Origin: Epithemia pelagica
Taxonomy: Eukaryota > Protista > Bacillariophyta
NCBI GenBank assembly: GCA_946965045.2
Contig: OX337231.1
Span: 1,054,001 to 1,118,000, forward strand
Direction of reading: 5' to 3'
DNA length: 64,000 bases
Part shown: one piece after another, positions 1-11,060 of the stretch
Numbering within the stretch: the first letter of the stretch is position 1
Layout of the letters: each line of letters opens with the position of its first letter
The notes under the pieces: generated by a model
Told to the model about the DNA's origin: nothing
The model's database searches: none
The model's input: the letters and a program-made list of their open reading frames with translations, nothing else
Program-made: the position numbers and the translations under genes

Positions 1-1076
1 AATGCCAGCATCTGTCGAAGACCGCTCAATTCGAGCACTTCAAAATCATTCTGGTCATATTGAAGCATATCCTTTTTCTTGCGGTACTTGTTGCGTCCAC
101 GCCCTGCCATGACTACCGACATTTTCTCACGCAACAACATGAAATGTGGTTCGTGCGTCACCAACCCAAGCATGATGAGGTCTGCATCCAAGCCATACAA
201 GACGTGGGCATAGCCCGGTCGGTAGTGGGGACGCTCAAGATTTTTCTCAGACTTTACAAGACGAAGAAAGTCCATTACTTTGTGTTCCCCTTCGCCTGGC
301 ACATCCGGTCCACTAACAATGACATCAGCACCCTGTTTCCAGAAATCATCCGTTTTCATCTTAAACTCCACCCACTTTGGGAGGGAATATCGTTAGATGG
401 GAACAAATAACACGATTCAAGAACAGGTAGAACACGGGGCTCATCTTACCTTACGCATAGCAAATGAGAGTTTAAGCATGAAGTCTGTTCCTGGAGTGAT
501 GCAATTGCTGTCAAAGCGCTTTCTCCCATCGAGCTCATTGAATTTTCCTTGGGCAATGAGTTCCGAGGCCGTAACTTCAGCTTCCTTTGCGGACCGGAAT
601 CGACGAGAACGCTGTTGATTCATTTTTGCACGAGGGGCCACACCATCCACAGCCAGATACAAGACTTTAGTTGGTCGAACCAACTTGTACAAACGATCCA
701 CGTACAAGAATATCTTCTTAAACATGGCGGCTTCGTCCAACACAATGATTTCGCCTTCAGCGTTACCATGAGTACAAGGATGAATGATCCCGTTCATATC
801 CAGATAAAAGTTTTCCACCTGAAGATCTCTACTGATTCCTTCTTCCAATTGTCTATTCAGTATATCCGGATATTGGTCGGTCAACCATCGGAACATTTTC
901 GGTATTCCGAATAGCGTCGTCTGGGAGACGGGAGCAGAACGAGGTTGGAATGTGGCCTGCTGAAAGCCACTCATAGAGGGCATGAAGCACAAGCTGCCTC
1001 GCCATAACGATATCGACAGTAAGTAGATCAAGTGCCATAATGCAGTGGTTTTCCGACTAGATAGAATCACCTTCAT
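1..1076 (-). CDS. XRN1: XRN-family 5'-3' exoribonuclease, 5' part; N-terminal bipartite (signal + transit) presequence; runs off the left edge
   Basis: Exon 1 is 1076-450 (GIPKMFRWL, FYLDMNGIIHPC, AVDGVAPRAKMNQQRSRRF, FDSNCITPGT). A 75-nt GT-AG intron lies at 449-375. Exon 2 from 374 reads WVEFKMKTDDFW..SGPDVPGEGEHKVMDF..YGLDADLIMLGL.THEPHF. These are hallmark XRN_N motifs; the XRN1 versus XRN2 assignment is uncertain. Confidence 0.95.
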
Positions 1077-1520
1077 TTTCGAGCTGTGCCATCAGAATCG
1101 GGAAAAAGAAAAAGTGATGGAAGTGATTGATGGACATGAAATGCCAACCATGTACTGTGAGCGTTTCTGTACCCCAGGTGGGGCTGTGGGTGGGGCACAT
1201 TCAGTCCGCAGCGGGGCTGCCCAACGTCACGAAGCCAATAAGCAATAACGTTGTTGTGCCATTCAACTCTCGGTGTTTGTCTTTCCTCTTGGGCGATCGA
1301 CTTGATCTTGACATTGGAATAGCAGCAATCGATTGTAAGTGCTTTTGCCTCCTTTCAGCTTATTCGGTCCACAATGAAAGGCGTTCTTCCGATGAACGAG
1401 AAGACCTGAGAATACAACATTGAACGCAAATATCTCCGTTAGCCATGATCCGAATCACCGCACTCATCATGTTGCTTTCCTTCTTCTTAGGTTTCTTTTT
1501 GTCAGAATACAACGATAAAG

Positions 1521-1918
1521 ATGTCGGACGTGAAATTGAGTAAGGTAAGAAAACGCCAGTGTGGGTGTTTGTCCAAAGATTAATTCTCAATTGCGTTTTG
1601 CCCTCTTCGTAGCTTTTCAAACCCAGTAATGTCGAGTTGACGAAAGAGCAACAAGCTCGTTTAAAGGTTCTGGAGAATACCGGAACAACACCGCGTGACG
1701 ATCGTTTCCCCGGTACCAATCAGGCATTGCACTGCTGGAATCGCTACAATGAATGGGTTTTGTGCCAACAGCAGTCTGACGAGGAGAAATGTGTGCCCCT
1801 TCGCGGTTATGCGGATTCTATTTGCCCCACTACCTGGACGGAAGAGTGGGATGAACAACGTGATGCGGGAACTTTCAGTGGAATTGGAAATCGAATCGAT
1901 CAGGGCCTCAAACATTAA
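1521..1918 (+). CDS. COX6B: Cytochrome c oxidase subunit 6B (two exons)
   Basis: ATG at 1521 (MSDVKLSK), GT-AG intron 1545-1612, then exon 2 TTPRDDRFPGTNQALHCWNRYNEWVLC..C..YADSICPTTWTEEWDEQRDAGTF, matching the COX6B/Cox12 twin-Cys pattern. Confidence 0.93.
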
Positions 1919-2725
1919 TAAAACGGATGAATACTTCGCCTCGATAACTCTACGCGAGGGCAGACATGCGGTAGCGTAAATATGAGACCGATTGAGAATT
2001 ATTTCATCTTCTTTCAATGGTTTATAGCATATTTTTATTGTGGGTCGCTCTGCAAAGTTCACGCCTCTTATACATTCCATTTAAGTTTGGTATCTCTGAC
2101 ACAGATATCCTCATCGGCTGTTTGGTGAGCCAAGAAAAAGAGACACAACCAAGTAGTCCCTGTAGCCGTGAGACACAAAATTCTTTCAGTGAAGCATCAT
2201 GGACTTTCTATTGTCAAAATAAATTGAAGCTACAACTGACATTTGCAACTTTTATGAGCACACATTGATCATTGTCGAAGCCCGATTAAACGAAGGGACA
2301 ACGCGTCTTGCTGAAGATGAAGAACAATCAAGTCAAGAATATTTACAAATCAATGAAATAAAAACCACCAAAAAGACATCAGTAATTGTGGTTGTTCGAT
2401 TGTGTCGAGGAAGTATTGTGCACTGGAGGGACAGGAAAGCGGACTCTAAATCATAGTATCTCCAATATTCCATTCTGCGCGGTCTCCTCTGAGGTAGCTT
2501 GGACCTTCTTTCAACGAGTAAGATGATGATGGCATGCATGATGTAAAGATGCGCTTCTCATGATGGTTTCACTGGATGCACATGGAAGCAGGAACCAACG
2601 AACCCTGAACGTGGAAGAAAACTCTCTTCCGCAACGGTTGAAGTTGGACCATCTTGTCAACTTTGCCGTCAAAAAGGAAAAGTGACACGACAAGCACCGA
2701 CACAAAAGTGATACGCAGATACACC

Positions 2726-3013
2726 ATGCAGTTCCCTTCGGCTATCGTCTCTTGCATGGCTGCTACTGCCTCTGCCTTTGCGCCCTTTACTACGTCATTA
2801 CTAGTACGGCCTTTCTTGCGACGAAGTATTATCAGGGCTGCTCAGAAAGCTCTTCAACTCCTTCATATCATCAGGACTTCCCAGAAAACAGGGGCTTTTT
2901 TGATGAATTCGTTCAGGTCGCAGCTCCAGCAGATCCTCCGACCCATCCGTACCTACTCCTCCCGCAATGTGGACAACAAACGCCATAGGCGCAATCTTGT
3001 ACAGAAGCTGTAA
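2726..3013 (+). other. Orphan ORF or 5' gene remnant starting with a canonical ASAFAP plastid presequence; mostly antisense to the FBPase-like 3' end
   Basis: acaccATG at 2726 gives MQFPSAIVSCMAATASAFAPFTTSLLVRPFLRRS; from 2801 it overlaps the minus-strand CDS; no mature domain recognised. Confidence 0.4.
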
Positions 3014-4180
3014 GTTCCCACTGGGATGATTCAAAGAATCTGACGGATACGCGAACAATCCCCCATACAACAATGTTCGATGTATATCTCCAACCATACT
3101 TCCAACATAACGATGAACATACCGCTTCTTCGCTTGACCGGTGCCCGTTTTCAATGACAGCAAGTAATCCTTGTACCGTTGATCCCACCCTTCACTGTTA
3201 GCTTCATTACAGCTATAAACATTTCCTCGAGACGGAATGGTCATATTGCGGTGCGTGAGAACAAAGTCTTGTGTTTGAGAATCGAGCGTGAAACCCTGTA
3301 CTGTGTCACCCAACGTAAATACCAAAACCGTGGCCGACGAGTACATGCAATAGCCCGCCGCCTTCATATTTCGGGCGGGTTGCAACACTGAATCTATTAA
3401 TTCTTCAGTTCTGTCCAATCGTCTTCCACTTCCAAGTAAGGATGATGTCTTCCTTGTTTGCTCAGATTCAGTTCCTTCACTTTGTTCATCATCATTTTTC
3501 TCCTCAAATACACCGAAGACCGTCCCAGTACAGATGCTTGCATCGGCGTTGCCACTTCCGTCAAGTGGATCAAGACAAGCAACAAAATTGCTATCTATGG
3601 ATTTGGCAATCAGGACACCAGGCTGATGTTGGGAAATCGCCTCAGGTGTTTTGGCGGGAGCGACAACTTCACACTTGCCCGTGTATTTGAGCGCGTTTTT
3701 CAACACGATAGTCGAGAGTTGATCAAGGCGTTGCATGGAGTAATATCTCCCGTCGGTTAAGTCAGTCCGAGATTCTTCGCCAGGGTACACAAGAGCAGCA
3801 CGATTTACAAGGTTGGCAATTGTTTTGCACGCCATTTTTACTGCGAACAACAGACTAACCATATCCTGCAAATCGGGATTTTCTTTGACAGCTTCATCCA
3901 AATATCGTGTCATTGTGACTCTCGCCTGTGATGAGCCTTGTGTCTGTACGGGCGCTTCAATAAAAGAGTAGTATTGCGAGTCCGTTTGAGGCGAAGACGA
4001 CGAGGACAACCTATGAAGGAAAGAAACCCTCCCCGTATCCAGCCTACTCCACAAGGGCATATGATTGCTCGACGGCTTTCTGAGTCTTCCATGAAAGCTT
4101 GGATAATTCAATCCATCGATGCATGTAAGCCTCAGGAAGAAAATTGCGATCAAAGGAGAAATTTGCAAATTCATCATCAT
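2801..4180 (-). CDS. FBP: Class I fructose-1,6-bisphosphatase-like protein with probable plastid presequence and degenerate active site
   Basis: Intronless ORF with DPLDGSGNAD, AAGYCMYSSAT, CNEAN, RYVGSMVGDIHRTLLYGG and LGSPDD motifs. Likely start MMMNLQ at 4180, followed by a hydrophobic signal peptide. Confidence 0.9.
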   Translation of the reverse strand: MMMNLQISPLIAIFFLRLTCIDGLNYPSFHGRLRKPSSNHMPLWSRLDTGRVSFLHRLSSSSSPQTDSQYYSFIEAPVQTQGSSQARVTMTRYLDEAVKENPDLQDMVSLLFAVKMACKTIANLVNRAALVYPGEESRTDLTDGRYYSMQRLDQLSTIVLKNALKYTGKCEVVAPAKTPEAISQHQPGVLIAKSIDSNFVACLDPLDGSGNADASICTGTVFGVFEEKNDDEQSEGTESEQTRKTSSLLGSGRRLDRTEELIDSVLQPARNMKAAGYCMYSSATVLVFTLGDTVQGFTLDSQTQDFVLTHRNMTIPSRGNVYSCNEANSEGWDQRYKDYLLSLKTGTGQAKKRYVHRYVGSMVGDIHRTLLYGGLFAYPSDSLNHPSGNLQLLYKIAPMAFVVHIAGGVGTDGSEDLLELRPERIHQKSPCFLGSPDDMKELKSFLSSPDNTSSQERPY

Positions 4181-4419
4181 GGTCAGGGCTGTGTAATCTG
4201 TCCGATCCGGCGGGTGTATAACCTCTGTCATCCATCCGACATTTTTCTTTTTTCATTTTAGTTTTTACTTGAAATTATAACTCAGTTTTTTACTCTAAAA
4301 GCAGTATTTATAACGTCCATACCAACTGTCATAACTGGCTTTGCGCGCTTCGCCCTGGCTTTGGCTTGATAAGGGGAGCACGACGCGAAGAAATCCCACA
4401 CAAGGATGAACAGTGAACA

Positions 4420-4580
4420 TGCTAAAATTTCGTGTTTCAAAGAGATTATAAGATTATTTTCCACTTCTGTCGTTGTCCAATTTGGCGAAGACGGCCAGCT
4501 CGCAATCGCTGACCGTTTGGAACGGTTATACAATTTGACATACAATTAGATCTCTCACGGATACATGCACAATTTCAACA
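4420..4580 (-). repeat. 3' LTR of copia element 1
   Basis: Identical to 10900-11060 except 4466 t versus 10946 a. Confidence 0.97.
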
Positions 4581-4592
4581 CTCCTCTCAAGG
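4581..4592 (-). other. Polypurine tract of copia element 1
   Basis: Minus strand reads ccTTGAGAGGAG immediately before TGTTG of the 3' LTR. Confidence 0.8.
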
Positions 4593-4731
4593 TGATCCCA
4601 CCGCATGGGGTAACCTTGCAACCGTTCCCACAATTTCGTATTTCAGGTGGTTCACCAACATGGCTACGTCCACCGCATTCTAGCCGAGTGGTTCCGCTCC
4701 GTACGTAATCCACTCGTCACCCATCTGTGTT

Positions 4732-7700
4732 TTATCCAGTTCTGAAAATGTGGTGTAGGAGCTTCATCACAAACCCTCTCCTCTTTTCACCGCTCGGCAG
4801 AAGTTTCGTCAACAGATCTGCCTCATTTTCATGGGTATTCACATAAGATGTCCGCCATTCGTCTCTGGCAGATCCTTCTCTGACAAAATGATACGCAATC
4901 GACTGGCTCTTCTTCTTCAAAGCAGAGTCGGGTATCGTCGTGTTGGCTAATACCGATTGGTTGTCGCCGTAAATAAAAGCAGGTCCCTCACATGGGATCC
5001 CCATCATGCGGAGCTTGTACCTCAAACCACGTAAGTACTCACAACATTGCTTCATGGCAATGAACTCTGACCCGAAAGACGAGGACTCAACACTCGTCTG
5101 TTTCTTACTCCACCAAAAGACCAGGGCACTGTTCAGGAATACAAAGAAGCCCGTGCGGGATCGGCGGGTAACAGTGTCCGACGCATGGTCGGCGTCAACC
5201 TTCGCTCGCATCACAAAACCCATGCCGCGAGGCTCAGGCATGTTTGGCGGATATTCTTCCTTACCCTCTATACGGCCAAACTCGCTTGCCGTCCAGTCTC
5301 TCCTCTCAAAATCACTCATCTCCACAACGGGGTCGCTCGGGTCATAAATCAACTCGGCATTGTGGTATTTCTTGAGATAGGCAAAGATTTGGAAGACTTG
5401 CTCAAGGTGTCCTTCCCTTGGTAGAGCCAGATGTGAAGACATTACGGACACTTCCAGACAAATGTCGACTCTCCCCAGCTCGACAATCCATCGCAACACA
5501 CCAATCAACGACTGATAGTATGATGCCTCCTCTGGACCAAGCTCAGGGGTCACATCGAGCTCCGGACGATATGTCGACCTCATCGGTGTTTCGGCCTTTG
5601 CTGGCAGCTTCCAACGATCATCAGCCCGCTTGCTTATCCATTCTTCCACCCCTTTCACAGCGGCTTGAACGTATTGCGACGAACTGAAGGCCCATGCATA
5701 CACACCGTTTTCCAATTGTACCTTTCGTACCCTTCCACCAAGGTAGAGCGTTGGCGCTCCGATGGACTCTTCCTTGAGTTCAAAATATCGACCGATTTCC
5801 TCTCGTAGGATTCTTTCGGCGTTCTCACTGATAACCAGTGCATCGTCAACATACAGAAGCACAAATTCATAATATGGGGTACTATCAGCTTTTTCAGCTG
5901 GTCTCATCCACACATCAGGGTCGGCAGGGCATGACTGGAATTTCAAATAATGCATGCACGACCGCAGATGGTTACGGAAATCTTTTCCGGCTGTCTTTCC
6001 CCCGTAGAGTGCCCGATGTATCAGCGCAACTTGTCCCACATTCTCGAGCCCAAACTCGGGGCCACAAATAATGTAATCCTTGCGCGATGATGGCGCTTGG
6101 AGATAGGCATTCCTAATATCGGCCGCAAAGACGTCCAGCCCATTCAACGCAGCATAGGTGAAGGAAATCCGAACACTCTCTCTGGATACAACTCCAGCAA
6201 AAGTGGATCCCTCAGGGTCTGGTGTCTTGTGCCCATCCAATACCCATCTGGCTTTGCGGGTAAAGTCCATCTTCACGTCCCACACCAGATGGCCTGTCAC
6301 CTTATGCCAGCCTTTCGGCGGAGGCTGGCCAGGTTCCAGGATCTCAAAAGCAACTCCCACATTGTACATTTCCTTTGCAAGAGCTTTCATCCAGTAATCG
6401 TCTCCGTTCTTGCGATCTAGTTCCTTGGCATGCTCCACACTCGTGGGAATCTCAATCCCATATTTGTGTCGGATTTGTTTTGCACGCGTTTTCAGGGCCG
6501 CAATTATCGCATCCCTTCGTCGTATGGTGTATCGAGCCCACCATATGAAGGCCGGTTCGTCGTCTATTCCTCTTGCGATCGCAAATTCTGCCGTCTCAAT
6601 TGGATATGACTCCTTCATTTCGCACAGCCTCATCCAGGACTCAGACTGGTCGCGCCACCGTACGAGTAGCCACCAGCCAGCTGTGGTTTTCTGTAGCCGT
6701 CGTCGTCCATGCTTATTGTAGACGTATTTGTCCGCCTTAGACACGGCGACCGACTCATCTCTCTTGTAGTCAATGATGCTTTCCAATAGCTGAATCGTGA
6801 CTCCGTCTGAGTCTACCTGTGAGAGCATATTCTCTGCAATCACATTCGCGGCATACTCTTTCACCGTTCCATCATCGAATTCTACTTCATATATGATGGA
6901 GTTGTTTGTTGGGTTATGGTCGTATTTCCCTGATACTTTTTCATCAGGTCCCAGTGCACGACACTTGACCATACCTTTCGCCATTCGTTCATCAAGCTGC
7001 AGTTGGACTTCTGCATTGATCAGCCTATCATAGACCGGTGCTTGATCCAGCAATTTACCGTTAAAGTCGACGGCGTCTTCAATCTCTGGAATTGGTCTAG
7101 CTGGTTCTTGATCATCTTCATACGGATCAAAAGTTTCGGAATTTTCTGAGATGGGGTGTGGTGGAGGATTGATGGAGTTCCCATACCTCCTCTCGATCAA
7201 TGCGTCAAAAGCTTGTCGCTTTGATTGCTCACTGGAACTCGTTTCTTCAGCGGGGTGCAAGGCACGCACGGAACGCCGTGGGACAATGCGTCCATTCGCC
7301 TTCAATACCCACTGAGCCATCTCATTTCCCTCGCCTCGTGCAGGGCCCAAAACTCGTCCAAGGACCTCTTGGTTGTGGGGAAATCGAGCGGTGTGTTCTC
7401 TGAAATAACACCACTGGTACCATTGGAACTGACATAAATTTGATATGTCGCCCTCCTCCCCAAGAGTCAATGTGTACGGGTTGGAGCCTCGTACCTTGTG
7501 ATAATTGCGGGCCGTCAGATTGTAAATCCTCACCCTCCTCTCAAGGCAATAGTCCCAGAAAGGGAGAGGGGAGTGGGATTCCCGCATATCCTTGCGAACG
7601 GCCTCTTTCATCAATTTGATGTAGAGTTCAGCCTTGTTTGCCCATGGTGTCCCTTCCTCCAACGCGCGAAGGGTCGTTCCTATGTCATTCAGGAACATTC

Positions 7701-9246
7701 TTAGGTCTGACGAGACCTGTTCCTGTGCCATATCACAGATGATGGCATCGGGAGCTCCAATTTCCTTGGCAAATTGCTTGACAGCAGACATCACCTCGGA
7801 TTTGCGTTTCATCGGTACTACGTAGATGAAACCTTTGTCCGTCACAAACAGTTGGCAGCACATGTTTCCACGAGAAGATTTACCCCCGTGCTTTGTAGCA
7901 AAGAAGGTATCCATGTAGAAGTATTCGTGGATTCGGCGGTATCAAAGCATGCGGTCATTCGTACCATAATTTTGGGTGAGAGTTGGGTCAGTTGGACGGG
8001 CACTATGCTGTGACGTAGCTTGTATTGTCCTTTTGGCATCGTCATGACTGATTCGCCACACTTTTGACAGATGCGCAGCATCTACTCCATGTGATTTACC
8101 AGCAGTCACACCGGAAACAAAGAATTCATCGAGATCCATTTCACTTGTGATGCTCACCGACTCATGCGAGCCATCACTCATGGACCTGTCATCATCGTCC
8201 GTTATCACATATGGGTTTTCGTCCACATCTGTTGCCCCAATTGCCATGCAGTCATGGCCAAACTCTGCCCTTGCTGTCAAGGTATTGATCATGGTTTCTT
8301 CGGCAAGCACAGCTGAGATTTCGTGGAGTTGGGAATCGGCCGTTCTTATTTGCCGCTTACTCCTCTCTGGCCTGCCAGCCTCTCTTTGCCTACACGTGCA
8401 GTCAATTGATTTTGCTTCCAAGGCAGATGCCACATTAGCTGTCATTGTCGATTCGTCGACTGGAGGCAAATCATCCAACACAACGCGGATGGACCAATCT
8501 CTCTGCTCCTTGATATTCCCCTCCCAATCCACTCTCCCAGCCTCGTTGTCTGCATAGACCGTTGAATGAGGCTGCCAGACAGCAGGTCTTAACACATAGG
8601 TGTCGTACCCAGCCTGAAGATCATCTTCTGTTGGCTTGTCCGAAGGGAAGAATGAGAATACGCCATGGAGAGACAGGGGGATTCGGAAACCTGTCGATGG
8701 GAAAACAATCGAGTGGTCATCAATTGTGGGCTCACTCGTGTGTATCTTGGCTCTTTCGTTGACATGGATTCCTGCTTCTCTCATCATGAAAGGAGGAATT
8801 AGGTTGTTGTTCATGGTTGGGACGTATATAGCGTTTGGTATTACCAGAATATACGTTTTGCCGTTATATGGTGACTCGTACCGTACGGCAGCATGAACCA
8901 GTTCGGCCGTCATGGCCTTGTAGTCATTTGAAAATGGCTTGACATCTACTGTCCTTTCAAGCCTCTCAATCACGTAGGAGTTTCGGCCTACGACCGGCAT
9001 ATTTGCATGACTGTCTAAATCCGTTCGAGGTCCGTCGAAGGATGTTTCATTGTCATCCATGGTCTCATCGCTGTCGTCACCATGGGTTGCAGCCGACGCA
9101 ACATTGCTATCAACGTCGCGCGCGCTGTGAAAATTTGAAATGTGGGCCACCCCTGGGTCCCACGTCGTTGTTGAATCCGGCTGCAGCACTTCTGTCTCAC
9201 TCTCTCCTCTTGATGAGAGCGAGGAGATAAGGGCCGCCGGACGCCA
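4732..9246 (-). pseudogene. pol: pol (PR-INT-RT-RNaseH) of copia element 1, with one in-frame TGA at 7942-7944
   Basis: PR LDSHAN; INT FYMDTFF..DMA..AELYI; RT ADIRNAYL and LYVDDAL; RH VDADHA..SRTG..SKKQ..ADLLTK. The 7942-9189 and 4732-7914 ORFs share a frame and are split only by NDRML*YRR. Confidence 0.93.
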
Positions 9247-10842
9247 TCAATTTCTAACAGACTTCAGGATGGACTGAAGAGTTGTTTGCTTCTTTGCAGG
9301 AGGCTTCGAATCTGCCTCTTGTGCTAATGCGTTCTGAACCATGGATGCAACCTGGGCGTCTAGGCTGACTTGGTCGTCATTTGTCGGTTGGGATTCCTTT
9401 GCCAATTTCTTGATTGCTTTTGCGACTGCCGACGAGATTTGGCGTTGTGCTGCTCGTTTGGCCTTTTGGTCAGTCTTGCCTTTCCCTTCTGACTTCTGAG
9501 GATTGGCTTTGCGCCACTCACGGAGCTCATCCTTTTGCTCATTGGATAGGGTGTGATATTCATCGGGTGTGTGGTATCGAAGGTGGACGCCTGTTTTGCC
9601 AATGCTCGGCTTGGCTGTAGGCTTTCCACCACCAGCACTGGCCCCACTGACCTCAGCAACGGTTGATTCACTGGTTTCATTATCGACAGAAGAGATCTGT
9701 GCCGACTGTCGTTTGGCTCCAGCATCAGCCCTTTTCTTAGCAACGGGGTCATATGGCAGTAAATGTGCCACTGCTGCTTCAAAATTATTACGCATTCCAA
9801 TCGGGCCGTCATCGGTCCGCACACTGGCCATAGCAGCCTGTAATCCAGCATCCGAACATTGGATGCCTTCGAGTAAATACCCTACTCGGGTATGTTCATT
9901 GGGCAGTTGGTACTCAACGTGCTCAGCACACTGCTGCATAGACACGAATGCATTTCGGTGTTGGGCCAAAAATCCCTCAAGGGGAAAATTGATTTGCCCT
10001 TTCCAGATGCGGGTATGGAGTAGATCATCTTGTTTCTTGATCTCCGACTCCCATTTGTCTTTCCCCGCATATTGATTTGTTAGAGCATTCCAGGCTCCCC
10101 TTCCATCTTTTGTACGTTGGAAAGGTTTGATCGACGCGGCATAGGACGTACCACGCGTCGCCTCTTCCAAACTGTAGTACACGGTAGCATTGTCCTCACG
10201 ATACAATTCATGTCCATGTGAGGCACGGGCAACTAGTGTCGCCTCAACAGAACCATGTTGTTCCGAATGGGGCTTATTTGTTGCCTGGGGAGGAGCAACA
10301 ACCGGGACATCGACTTCGGGCCTGATGACATATGAAAGGGGGATCATTCTCGCACCGATCACGCGGTTGGCATAGTCGTGAAATGCTTCCGTCCATTTGA
10401 TGATCGGTAGGGCTTTGGTGATTTTAGGAACTTCTGGATCGTCACCATCCTTTCGGTCCCGCAAAGCCTTCCACTGGACCTCGAAATTCCTTACAACATG
10501 CGTCCAACGCATATTACCAGCCGATGGATCACGCCCAACCGTTTCATAGAATCGGACCAGCTCACAGGCTACGCCCAGGCGGTGCTGAGATTTCGCGCCG
10601 AAGGTAAACGGTGGTGTAGGTATCGTTGCGCCAGGGGCAGCTCCAGGGTTGGGATCGGGGATTCTCCCTGCCGGCTTACGAAGGTTCTCAGCCAACTGCT
10701 TAAGAGTTTCCGAGTCGAAGTCGGCCAAATCAAGAATCGTCGTAATCCCTTCAACTTGAAGCTGGACCACTGTCGCATGGGGAATGCCCATTTGATCAGG
10801 GTTCTCGAAGAAAGCAGTGTTCTGGGCAGCGGTGAGGACCAT
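9247..10842 (-). CDS. gag: gag-like protein of copia element 1 (531 aa)
   Basis: ATG 57 nt after the 5' LTR; PLSYVIR, GRGAWNAL..QYAGKDKW and LRYHTPDEYHTLS motifs of CoDi gag; in frame with pol. Confidence 0.9.
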   Translation of the reverse strand: MVLTAAQNTAFFENPDQMGIPHATVVQLQVEGITTILDLADFDSETLKQLAENLRKPAGRIPDPNPGAAPGATIPTPPFTFGAKSQHRLGVACELVRFYETVGRDPSAGNMRWTHVVRNFEVQWKALRDRKDGDDPEVPKITKALPIIKWTEAFHDYANRVIGARMIPLSYVIRPEVDVPVVAPPQATNKPHSEQHGSVEATLVARASHGHELYREDNATVYYSLEEATRGTSYAASIKPFQRTKDGRGAWNALTNQYAGKDKWESEIKKQDDLLHTRIWKGQINFPLEGFLAQHRNAFVSMQQCAEHVEYQLPNEHTRVGYLLEGIQCSDAGLQAAMASVRTDDGPIGMRNNFEAAVAHLLPYDPVAKKRADAGAKRQSAQISSVDNETSESTVAEVSGASAGGGKPTAKPSIGKTGVHLRYHTPDEYHTLSNEQKDELREWRKANPQKSEGKGKTDQKAKRAAQRQISSAVAKAIKKLAKESQPTNDDQVSLDAQVASMVQNALAQEADSKPPAKKQTTLQSILKSVRN

Positions 10843-10885
10843 ATTACTTCGTACTTCACAACAAAAACAATCTCAAAGCAGACGA

Positions 10886-10899
10886 TGGGTCTGATAACC
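10886..10899 (-). other. Primer-binding site of copia element 1 (GGTTAT type)
   Basis: GGTTATCAGACCCA directly after the 5' LTR; partial match to the copia half-tRNAiMet PBS (GGTTATGGGCCCAG). Confidence 0.55.
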
Positions 10900-11060
10900 T
10901 GCTAAAATTTCGTGTTTCAAAGAGATTATAAGATTATTTTCCACTACTGTCGTTGTCCAATTTGGCGAAGACGGCCAGCTCGCAATCGCTGACCGTTTGG
11001 AACGGTTATACAATTTGACATACAATTAGATCTCTCACGGATACATGCACAATTTCAACA
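10900..11060 (-). repeat. 5' LTR of copia element 1
   Basis: 161-bp copy at offset 6480 from the 3' LTR. Confidence 0.97.

Larger units (their letters stand above)
4420..11060 (-). mobile_element. Full-length Ty1/copia LTR retrotransposon (CoDi-like), recent insertion
   Basis: Two 161-bp LTRs (TG...CA) with 1 mismatch, order gag-PR-INT-RT-RH, PPT next to the 3' LTR, AACA on both flanks (4416-4419 and 11061-11064). Confidence 0.97.

Noticed and set aside
60-914. Plus-strand ORFs over the XRN gene (60-410, 397-618, 549-914)
   Set aside because: Antisense to a clearly conserved gene, with no motifs of their own.
1077-1520. Small ORFs between XRN and COX6B
   Set aside because: No homology recognised; more simply the shared divergent promoter and UTR region.
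5006-10905. Numerous 60-170-aa plus-strand ORFs within copia element 1 (and likewise in elements 2 and 3)
   Set aside because: Antisense shadows of gag-pol, with no independent signals.
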